A DNA stretch of 34,943 nucleotides from Nemertoderma westbladi (taxonomy: Eukaryota; Animalia; Xenacoelomorpha): the NCBI GenBank assembly GCA_032718475.1, contig JAUCBJ010003591.1, positions 1 to 34,943 of the forward strand, read 5' to 3'. Shown piece after piece: positions 10,653 to 19,049 of the stretch (position 1 is the first letter of the stretch; the number at the start of each line of letters is the position of its first letter). A program made the translations under genes and the position numbers. The notes under the pieces are model-generated. The model saw nothing but the letters and a program-made list of their open reading frames with translations. It searched no databases and was not told where the DNA came from.

Positions 10653-13253
10653 CTATTTCTTTCTCTGATACGCCTTTCGTCTCTTCGCCCGTCGACTCTC
10701 ATCGATCGCTATGGCTGGTAGAGGAGCGTCAACATCCATCGTGAGTAACGCTTCGGCTTGTCTCCTGGCGGCTCTTCCTTTCGAAGGCATCGGGATCATG
10801 TCGGTTCGTCTCTCCAACTCAGATTTGCGTGCCTCTAGGAACCATTCTCCATCACCGAACTCCTCTTTATACGAGTATAATCGTCTAATGACTTCAAATG
10901 GACCGAATAATCCGGCGCTCAGTAGCAGATCCACGTAATGGAAGGGTAGCGTGGCCGACGTGTGGAGGCGTTCCGGGAAGGAGAAATATCCGCACGCCAT
11001 CTCCTGCGCGATATTCCGAGCGTTTCTCCGAACCTTGGTCTTTAAATGGCTGTTTGCGTATGTTTCAAACATGACCATATTGCCCATAGCGGTAACGTCT
11101 TTGGTTGGACATTTGATATAGCAGCGGGGGCTAGAGGAATGTCCACGGAAACCGCACGTGGTGCAGAGGTTATAAAGGATCGGGCAGACGGAAACGTCGT
11201 GGCCCGATGTCGCGCAGTATGGGCAATAGAGTATCCCGAGGAGCTGGAGGCAAGAATCGGTAACCCGATTCCTTCTGCCGCGTGGGCACTGCTCCGAGCC
11301 GCAGTCGCCGCATACCTCCAACTGCATCTCTCGACCGGGGAATATCGGAATCGGGACGCCGACGTAGTATTCGAGTCGTCGGTCGCTCTTCGGAATATTC
11401 TCGGTGGTCGGTAGCCCGCGGAATGCTAGGCTTTTGCGTAATAGGTTCTCGCTCCGATAACCTTCTTTGTGTCCCGCTGGTCTCAACTCGGATGACCGTT
11501 TCTGGCGGTGGATCCATTCAGTTTGCTCGGCGTACCAACGGGTTAGTCGCATAGGGTCCTGAGGAACGGCGGGTGTAGTAGCCACCGCTGGTCGGCGAAG
11601 AGGTGCCGGAGTTTTAGACGGAGGGATACCAAGGAGATCGTCGGGGGTCGGCGCATCGCTGGGGCCCTCCTCGACCAGTATCGCTGAGCGGGTCCGTTGA
11701 TGGCTGGTACTCGGAATCTCCGACGACCAATCTTCGCCACCCGGGAAAGGATACGGGGATAACCGTTGGCATATGTCGCCGAAGTCGCTCAATGCAGCTG
11801 TAGTAGCTACCTCCCTCGCGGGGCTACCGGAGCCGCGTGGGGTGTAAATGCCTGCTCTCTTCATCGGTTCGGCCGAGGCAACCCGTTTGGCGGCCGGTCC
11901 ATACGCGGCCTCCGGCTCGAGTTGTCGCTTCGGGGTGGAGAGTAGAACACCCTCGTTTAGCCATATCTCTTCTCCTTCCGAAGAGATCAGAGGCTCCTCC
12001 GCACCGAGAAGTTCGGTAATCGTAGGGATGTCGTAAGGTCCGCTCTCGTCCCAGGAATCGATAACGGAGGGCGTTTTCGATTCTCCCGGTGTAATGTTCT
12101 CGACCGCTTTAAACGCGTGGTTTATAACCTCATTCCAGTCGTAGTCGACGAAGGAAAGGGGGACCGCCGTAATAAGGTTATCGAGAGTTCTACAGATAAA
12201 CTTAGCGACGGTGTAGCACTCCATAACAATGTAAACGTAGTTCCGTCGATCGGGATTCTCCCACCTTTGGTGTATCGTCCATTTCCGATCAACGTCCTTC
12301 CATCGACCCTCTCGCTCGCTCTTTATTTCTAATCCCGGGTATCCACCGTATATTTTATTATAGTCCCGGAATTTCTGGGGTTTGAAGTCGATACCGCCGT
12401 TGAGCACAGCGAGGTAGCCGATCCCGGATTTCGTCGGTCTCACCTCTTGGAATCCTCGCATGAACTCGGCGAATCGTAACCAGGCTAGTAGCGTTTGAGT
12501 GTCGATGCAATGGCTAAGGGCGTTGAGGTCGTCTCGTCGGTTTCTTCCTGCAGGAGCGTTCGCGTAGTCGTTCCGGACGTCCGCCTTGATATCCGACCCG
12601 ATTTTAATGACGTCGAAGTCGAAGAGGATCTTTTGGATTTCCGGAGGCAGCAACCAGATCGCTCCGGCTGCCTGCACTTCCTGTCTGGGTGTCGGGAATA
12701 TTCGGCACACCAGTACCAAACCGTCCAGGGTTCCGAGGACGACGACTAAGGATCGACTGTATTCTTTCGCCCCGTACTTTTCCTGGTAGTCGTCTCGGTT
12801 CTGGATAATCGATATGCGTTCCTCGGGAAGCGTCGCCGTACATTCCGACAGGTTTCCCCAGTGGGTGAGGTACGTACTCTTGTCGTCGACGAAACTTTGA
12901 CATCTCTCCAACGTAATCGCTTTCGAGGTGGGCGTCGCGTTTCCCTCGTTGTCGTAGATCAAACATCGGGATATGTAGACGCTCTGCCGGAACGTTTCCC
13001 AAAACGACGAATCGTCCCCTCCGGTTGCCTTTGCGTTCCGAGTTCTTTTCAGTCTCGTACTAGCATCAGCTAACCGGAGGGCTCGTAGATTCTTAGAATC
13101 CGGTCCCTCTCGCCCGGTGAATTTAATGACTCGCACGTTCTCATTTAGCAGGGTGCTCCAATTTGTATCAAAGTCAGGGGATCCGGGTTGCGAATATTCC
13201 AGTAGATCTATCGTGTTACGTAATTCGCCGATAATTTGGCGATTTGGGTCCAT
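10653..13253 (-). CDS. 866-aa accessory protein: DEDDy-like (WRN/EXD2/RNase D-type) 3'-5' exonuclease domain, low-complexity linker, CCHC-like zinc knuckles
   Basis: ExoI-like IYDNEG; ExoII-like ILFDFDVIKIGSDIKAD; CIDTQ; SGIGYLA; ExoIII-like YVYIVME; C-terminal CGDC, CPYCATSGHDVSVC, CTTCGFRGHSSSPRC; intact ORF. Confidence 0.75.
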   Translation of the reverse strand: MDPNRQIIGELRNTIDLLEYSQPGSPDFDTNWSTLLNENVRVIKFTGREGPDSKNLRALRLADASTRLKRTRNAKATGGDDSSFWETFRQSVYISRCLIYDNEGNATPTSKAITLERCQSFVDDKSTYLTHWGNLSECTATLPEERISIIQNRDDYQEKYGAKEYSRSLVVVLGTLDGLVLVCRIFPTPRQEVQAAGAIWLLPPEIQKILFDFDVIKIGSDIKADVRNDYANAPAGRNRRDDLNALSHCIDTQTLLAWLRFAEFMRGFQEVRPTKSGIGYLAVLNGGIDFKPQKFRDYNKIYGGYPGLEIKSEREGRWKDVDRKWTIHQRWENPDRRNYVYIVMECYTVAKFICRTLDNLITAVPLSFVDYDWNEVINHAFKAVENITPGESKTPSVIDSWDESGPYDIPTITELLGAEEPLISSEGEEIWLNEGVLLSTPKRQLEPEAAYGPAAKRVASAEPMKRAGIYTPRGSGSPAREVATTAALSDFGDICQRLSPYPFPGGEDWSSEIPSTSHQRTRSAILVEEGPSDAPTPDDLLGIPPSKTPAPLRRPAVATTPAVPQDPMRLTRWYAEQTEWIHRQKRSSELRPAGHKEGYRSENLLRKSLAFRGLPTTENIPKSDRRLEYYVGVPIPIFPGREMQLEVCGDCGSEQCPRGRRNRVTDSCLQLLGILYCPYCATSGHDVSVCPILYNLCTTCGFRGHSSSPRCYIKCPTKDVTAMGNMVMFETYANSHLKTKVRRNARNIAQEMACGYFSFPERLHTSATLPFHYVDLLLSAGLFGPFEVIRRLYSYKEEFGDGEWFLEARKSELERRTDMIPMPSKGRAARRQAEALLTMDVDAPLPAIAIDESRRAKRRKAYQRKK

Positions 13254-13719
13254 ATTTACGATTATATCCGTTACAAATTAGATCGGTTAATTATAAGTCC
13301 AGAAAGTCTGAAACTATAGCGATAGCAGAATAATTCAGTTTTTTATTTAATTCAGTTTATTAATAACATTGCTATATAGGCATCTATCATCTTATTGCTA
13401 ATACATTCAGCATTTACAGTTACTATAGCTATACATTAATATCCAACCAGTTTTTTATGACTTTTTTGTCCTTTTCTTTTTTCTAATTCTTTTCTTTAGA
13501 CTTTTTTATACCTTTTTTTTTGTCTTTTTTCATTTCATTATTATTTCATCTCATTTCATTTATTTCCACATATATTTTAACATTTAGTTCCACCATTTAT
13601 TTCACATTTATTTATTTATTTCCACATCATCATTGGGTTTATAGCCCCCCGGCTATCATCATTGTTATAAGCGCAGCACCAGGGTGCGCATCATTACATT
13701 TTCATCAGCATACGCGTCA

Positions 13720-16700
13720 TCATTCAGGTTTACTTTTACCGAGTTGTTTTGGGCTGGCGCCTTGGCTTGATAAGTCCGCTGGGTTTTCCTTCCCGTTCAC
13801 GTGATGCCACTGTTCTCGGCCGGTACACTGTTTAATCTCCGTGGCTCGGTTTGCAACAAACGTGGTGTGACGCCGTGATGGAGAGTGGAGATAATAGAGA
13901 ACTATACTCGAATCTACCCAGAAGTGTTGAGATTCTATGGGGATCCGTAGATTCCGCATGACCATGCGATTCTGTCTTACTGCCCAAACTGCAGCTTGTA
14001 GCTCGAGTCTCGGGATCGTTGCTACGAATTCCCCGGATACTGTCTTTGCTTTGGAGAATAAGAAGCTTGTATCGCCGTTTCCATCGTTACTTAGTCTCCG
14101 TAGGAAGGTGACTACGCCGATTCCGGTATTCGAAGCATCCGAAAAGGTGTGGAGCTGGAAGATATCGGTGGGCAATTTATCGAGGAAGAACGGTCTAGGT
14201 ATCCGCATAAGATGTAGGTGTTCGAGCTGCTCCGTCCATTTTCTCCATTTGACGCTGAGGTATGGGGGGAGCTCTTCGTCCCATCCCAGTCCTTCTATCC
14301 ACATTTCCTTAATCAGGTTCATTCCGGCCAAGGTTACTGGGGATATGAAATTTAGTGGGTCGAAGATGGCGCTTTTTATCGACAAACATCCCCTTTTTGT
14401 CATAGGCTTGGGTAGGGGTTTATACTTGAAGATGAATTCGTCTGATTCTATGTCCCATTCAATCCCAAGTACACGATGTTCCACATCCTCCGAATACATT
14501 TTGTTATTTTCCAGCCGGATGTCCTCCGGAAACTTTTCCATAAGTGTTTTGTCGTGGGATCTGAACTTCACGAGCGGAAACCCTCCTTTCTTTAGACATT
14601 CTACCATCCCCATTGCTAGCCGATATGCCTCATCCACATTATCCGCGCCGGCGCATCCGTCGTCCACATAGAAGCATCGTCGAATGGTTTCTATGACGGT
14701 TGGAGGGAACTCGTTTTCGCACATAGTTGCTGTCCTCTTTAGCATGTCACTGCATGCTACCGGCGAGTCCTTAGCGCCGAAGATCCTGACGACCATACGC
14801 ATTACGTCTACGTCCTTTATCGTGAGTTGGCTAATCTCCTGTTGAGTAAGCGTTTTATCCATCCATAGGATACGTAGACAGTCCGAGTCTCTTGGTAACG
14901 TACGAACTTGATGAAACATGGCCTTGATGTCACAGGTGAATGCTACCCGGTTTTCCCTGAACCTGATCAATACGCCAATGAGTGTGCTATATATGTTGGG
15001 TCCCGTGTAAAGTTGACTGTTTAGGGATTCGCCCTGGTACATAGCGGCAGCATCATTTACCACTCGGATTTTCCCACCTTTGCGGGCTTCTACTACATAG
15101 TGGGTTGGGAGATAATATGTTCTTTCACCACCTTGCAGTTCATTCCGTGGTACCATTTCTGCTAATCCATCATCGAGATATCCTTGGATTACGGTATTAT
15201 ATTTCTCCTTTATTTCGGGTTGGTCATTCAGCCGGCGTAGAATCCCTTTAAGTCGCCTAAGTGCCATGCTGGCGTTGTTTGCCATTGGTTTGTTTGGATC
15301 CTTCCATAACATAGGTGAACACCAATGTCCGTCTTTAAACGTGGCCTGGTCGAGAACGTCCATACAATATTGGTCCTCTTCGGATGGGTTTTCGTCCTTT
15401 TCCGCGAACTCCTGGGTCTCCAAATTAAAATATTTCGTCATCTCTCGTTGGGTTTTCTCGGTTTCCAGAAACAAATCCTCGTCCAGATCTGAAGCTGAGC
15501 AATAACCCACAGAGGTTACATTCTCTTTAATCTGACATTTAGGAAGGTAGGTATAGGTATCCGTAGTTTCCTCCTTAATGCCGCAGAGTGTCCATCCCAT
15601 TATTGTTCGTTCAGCATAAAATCCATCATCCTGGTTTATAGATCGAGCGATATCTCCGGTGGGGATGTGTAGTTCCGGTGTATCAAGTCCAATCAGTAGG
15701 GTGATACGGTTCACGTCCAACTGCGGACACCTCAGGTCTACATCGTCTCGGTCTAATTGTATGAGGGGGGCATACTCGGCTGATTGTCGGAACCGCACCC
15801 GGAGGTCTGTGTGTACCAAGGCGTTCTTGATGGTTAACTTAGCCGTTTCGTAGCCCTTCATCACTCCTTCCATCTGGAGTTGTACCTCCCCGGACTCTAC
15901 CTCTCTGTTATCGGTGATGGTTTGTATGGGCCGTTTACAAGGTTCATATTCTAGGCCGAGTTGCTCGAGGAAATCCCGGTCGATGATGGTTCCGTCAGAC
16001 CCGTTATCGAGGAACGCGAGTGTCGTCAGAGATTTGCCGACTCCTTGGATCCTTGCTGGGATTACCTTTGCGAAAACCATGTAGCGGCGATTTATAAGAT
16101 TAATCGTGGCCGAAATATTGGTTACTTGTGGTGTATCGGTGGAGATCTTAAACGGGTTGGTTTCTCTCCGTTGGGTTGTCCGGGTTCCTTTGAAGATGTG
16201 GTTTGTTTCTCCTCTTCGCCTGGCTTCGATCCGAAAGGGGAGGGTAGTAAAATCGAAGTTCGCGGGGATGTGGAGGAGCGTGTGATGGCGTTGGTCGTTA
16301 CAGACAGCACAGCATGATCTTTGGTCGCACTCCCGAACATAGTGACCTGTTCCAAGACACCGGAAGCATCCTCGGTATTTCATTATCGCCTCGAAGCGTG
16401 AGACGAGTTCGGCGAACTGAAACTTTCTGCAGAATTCCACTTTATGTTTCTCCCCACAGAAGAGACAGAGCAGGGAATTTGTGATGCCTTCCCTTTCGGG
16501 TGCCCAACTCGCGAGATAACATGCCCATTCCTCGGCGGATGTCGGTTCCTCGTAGTCTTCGTCGTCGGAATCCTCGGCCATGGTGATGGCCATCGTACTC
16601 ACCGGTGGGGGGCGGAATCTCGGTTTCGGAGGGGTTATCTTACTCCTGGAGTTGCTTTCTATTCCGTCCAACTTTGCAAGACTTTGTTTTGAAAACATCG

Positions 16701-17331
16701 AGTCATTCATGGCTTCGGAGATATCGTCCAGGAATGCCGACATTTCAAGGAAGCTAGGATCTCGATCTGGATGTCTGCGCCGGAGATCTACACATTTATA
16801 AGCCCACTTACTTTGTAGCCATCCGGTGAACTTCCGGGCGATCTGTCGGAGGTTTAGAATGTTGTTCACCTGGTCTTCCTTATTTAAGGGTTTCAGAGTA
16901 TAGTAGGTATCCTTCATAGAGTCGGAGAATTCCTGTATGTTCTGTGGGTCCCCTAGTGATCCCGCGTCCTGTATCAGTCTCTCTAGAGTTTTATTAATTA
17001 TAGTTCCGGTATTTCCGTATCTTTTATCTAGAGTTTTCCATGCGTCATAGTATGCCTCATGAGAACCTCCTTCAAAACATGCAATAATTCTGCGTGGTTT
17101 GTCACCCAGGTATTGCGATAAATATACCAATTTCTGTGCGTCGGCTATGTCTGTTGATCCGATCTGCGCAAAGAACCGTTTCTTGAATCTGAGGTAATCG
17201 ACGGGATCTCCTTCGAAGGTGCGAATCTCCATCTTAGGCATGGCAAGGCGGTTCTCCAACGCCCGGATGATGCTGACGTCGTCTGAACTAGAGTGACTCG
17301 GAGGGTTATAGTTATTGGCACTCACTCCCAT
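13720..17331 (-). CDS. Bel/Pao Gag(core)-protease-RT-RNase H polyprotein, ending before integrase
   Basis: DUF1759-like PKMEIRTFEGDPVDYLRF; triple knuckle CLFCGEKH..C / CFRCLGTGH..C / CAVCNDQRHHTLLH; protease FLDNGSD; RT KIRVVNDAA, CDIKAMFHQV, FGAKDSP, YVDD; RNase H FSDAS, TIPRLELQAA, VDSSIVL, ENPADL. Confidence 0.96.
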   Translation of the reverse strand: MGVSANNYNPPSHSSSDDVSIIRALENRLAMPKMEIRTFEGDPVDYLRFKKRFFAQIGSTDIADAQKLVYLSQYLGDKPRRIIACFEGGSHEAYYDAWKTLDKRYGNTGTIINKTLERLIQDAGSLGDPQNIQEFSDSMKDTYYTLKPLNKEDQVNNILNLRQIARKFTGWLQSKWAYKCVDLRRRHPDRDPSFLEMSAFLDDISEAMNDSMFSKQSLAKLDGIESNSRSKITPPKPRFRPPPVSTMAITMAEDSDDEDYEEPTSAEEWACYLASWAPEREGITNSLLCLFCGEKHKVEFCRKFQFAELVSRFEAIMKYRGCFRCLGTGHYVRECDQRSCCAVCNDQRHHTLLHIPANFDFTTLPFRIEARRRGETNHIFKGTRTTQRRETNPFKISTDTPQVTNISATINLINRRYMVFAKVIPARIQGVGKSLTTLAFLDNGSDGTIIDRDFLEQLGLEYEPCKRPIQTITDNREVESGEVQLQMEGVMKGYETAKLTIKNALVHTDLRVRFRQSAEYAPLIQLDRDDVDLRCPQLDVNRITLLIGLDTPELHIPTGDIARSINQDDGFYAERTIMGWTLCGIKEETTDTYTYLPKCQIKENVTSVGYCSASDLDEDLFLETEKTQREMTKYFNLETQEFAEKDENPSEEDQYCMDVLDQATFKDGHWCSPMLWKDPNKPMANNASMALRRLKGILRRLNDQPEIKEKYNTVIQGYLDDGLAEMVPRNELQGGERTYYLPTHYVVEARKGGKIRVVNDAAAMYQGESLNSQLYTGPNIYSTLIGVLIRFRENRVAFTCDIKAMFHQVRTLPRDSDCLRILWMDKTLTQQEISQLTIKDVDVMRMVVRIFGAKDSPVACSDMLKRTATMCENEFPPTVIETIRRCFYVDDGCAGADNVDEAYRLAMGMVECLKKGGFPLVKFRSHDKTLMEKFPEDIRLENNKMYSEDVEHRVLGIEWDIESDEFIFKYKPLPKPMTKRGCLSIKSAIFDPLNFISPVTLAGMNLIKEMWIEGLGWDEELPPYLSVKWRKWTEQLEHLHLMRIPRPFFLDKLPTDIFQLHTFSDASNTGIGVVTFLRRLSNDGNGDTSFLFSKAKTVSGEFVATIPRLELQAAVWAVRQNRMVMRNLRIPIESQHFWVDSSIVLYYLHSPSRRHTTFVANRATEIKQCTGREQWHHVNGKENPADLSSQGASPKQLGKSKPE

Positions 17332-18611
17332 ACTTGATGGATCAATAATAGGTGGAGTTTTAATAATGACGCGGTACGAGTTTGTGGTGTGGATGTAAAT
17401 GGGTTGTTAGATCGGGGAGTGGCGTCCCGTTCCGAGTCCCTTTCAGGCTCGTACTTGGGTACACTCGCTGTCGTGGTGTTGGATGGGAAATAAGGTTCCT
17501 CATTCTTTAGCGTAGCCGGTGGGGGATGGAACACCGGTGCTTGTGCCGATAACGTAGACTGTTTGGTAGGCGGGATCTCGGGTTTCGGAAGTTTCGCCGC
17601 TGTTGGTGTAAATGACTTCTCTAATTCCGGTACCGGGATTGGCTCATATTCCTGATCTATATCCCTTTCCCAGTCCTCGTATAGTTGAATATCTCGTTCT
17701 ATAAGCGCGGCTTCGTATTCCGCAAGTTTCGCAATATCTGCATTCTTTTTGTGAGTGAGAATCGCTTGGGCCTCGGCGTGTTGTTTACACATTTCTGCTT
17801 CCCATTTACGTTGTTCGATCTCTTGTTTGGCCTCTCGTTCACGTTGTTCGATCTCTCGTTTGGCCTCTTGTTCACGTTGTTCGATCTCTCGTTTGGCCTC
17901 TTGTTCACGTTGTTCGATCTCCTGTCTGACCTCCTGTCTGCGTCGTTCGACCTCTTGTTCGGCCTCTCGCTTTTGTGTTTCGGCGGCTAATACATCTTGC
18001 TCGGTTTGCAGTTGAATATACTCATCTTCCATCCGAGCTTTGAGGGCTAATGCCTTCCGTTCTCGCAGTTGGTCTCGGAGTGGCTGACCCCCTTGAGAGC
18101 TATGCGCTGAGCCGGATCTCTCGCTCCTAGCGCTGGAGTGCTGATTTCTAGCGGACCCCGTTCTTTTTCGATGTACTGCCGTCCTGATGCTGGAGGATCG
18201 TACTGATTCCGCGTCTGTTCTTTCAGCCCTCTTGTAGTACTGTTCCTCATAGCCTCTCACAAGGCTGAGGGTCCTCCGGTGTTGTTTGCGGAACCCATCT
18301 AGATGTACAACGTGTTCTTCCAACTTGGGGTAGTTTTCCTGATCGGTGGAGGGAACGAGATCTTGGTACGCCTGTATCATTCTTTCGTACCGCTGTAGGA
18401 TATTTCGGATACTTTGAAGCTGAGTTTGTACCTCATTGAGGGGGGTTTTGACTCCCTTGAGTTGTTTCTCCATCCGTTGAAACGCTCGGGTTACTCCGCC
18501 TTTGAGAGCCCCTAGCCGACGGGTCATGTTCTTGACGTTTGGTACCTCGTCGGCTTCCGAGTCTGTGTGGTGATCCATCTCGTCGGTATCGGATACGTTA
18601 TTTGTCGTCAT
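17322..18611 (-). CDS. Gag N-terminal coiled-coil region (429 aa), out of frame with the downstream gag-pol
   Basis: Position, charged helical composition and EIEQREQEAKR repeats; the downstream (-1) frame is open from ~17408, so the frames overlap. Confidence 0.8.
   Translation of the reverse strand: MTTNNVSDTDEMDHHTDSEADEVPNVKNMTRRLGALKGGVTRAFQRMEKQLKGVKTPLNEVQTQLQSIRNILQRYERMIQAYQDLVPSTDQENYPKLEEHVVHLDGFRKQHRRTLSLVRGYEEQYYKRAERTDAESVRSSSIRTAVHRKRTGSARNQHSSARSERSGSAHSSQGGQPLRDQLRERKALALKARMEDEYIQLQTEQDVLAAETQKREAEQEVERRRQEVRQEIEQREQEAKREIEQREQEAKREIEQREREAKQEIEQRKWEAEMCKQHAEAQAILTHKKNADIAKLAEYEAALIERDIQLYEDWERDIDQEYEPIPVPELEKSFTPTAAKLPKPEIPPTKQSTLSAQAPVFHPPPATLKNEEPYFPSNTTTASVPKYEPERDSERDATPRSNNPFTSTPQTRTASLLKLHLLLIHQVWE
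17806..17970. repeat. 33-bp coding tandem repeat in gag
   Basis: ttcacgttgttcgatctctcgtttggcctcttg repeated ~4-5 times. Confidence 0.9.
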
Positions 18612-18799
18612 TGTAACGCCTCGTCGATAGCTAGATACGCGATGTCATAAAACAGTTCCTCGTAGGTATTGTACTCAGCTTGGACCACCCGAACGGTAAT
18701 CCTGAATCGTCCGACGTTCGTTCCTTGTACTTCAACTTCGACGTGCCAGATTCCTGGCTCAACTTGGATTATATCAATGGGTGTGATCGATACTTCCAT
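18608..18799 (-). CDS. Small 63-aa upstream ORF whose stop overlaps the gag start (ATGA)
   Basis: ATG start, protein-like composition, TGA at 18610-18608 overlapping ATG at 18611-18609. Confidence 0.4.
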   Translation of the reverse strand: MEVSITPIDIIQVEPGIWHVEVEVQGTNVGRFRITVRVVQAEYNTYEELFYDIAYLAIDEALQ

Positions 18800-19034
18800 T
18801 CCCTGTTAACAACTCTCCAAATATGTGATCTGCCGACTACGAGTTGGTTAGATCGAGTTTGTTGATTAATTAAACCATGACTTTGTCTCAACTCAAATAC
18901 CAGAGTTTCCTCGTAGTGGGTGCTGGCAAGCACGTAGAGAGTTTTGAAGAGTATTGAAGGATTCTCAACTTCCACCAGTTGAAGTTGACCGTAATTATTC
19001 TTAATTTTGACACCCTGTCAAAATTAACCGCATG

Positions 19035-19047
19035 AATTATTCTTAAT
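19035..19047 (-). other. Candidate primer-binding site (self-priming type), ATTAAGAATAATT
   Basis: Lies 2 nt inside the 5' LTR end; no TGG tRNA-type PBS; exact complement lies in the LTR at 19264-19276. Confidence 0.55.
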
Positions 19048-19049
19048 TT

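Noticed and set aside
10711-18015. Numerous plus-strand and alternative-frame ORFs overlapping the retrotransposon genes
   Set aside because: Shadow ORFs of long coding regions with no independent motifs
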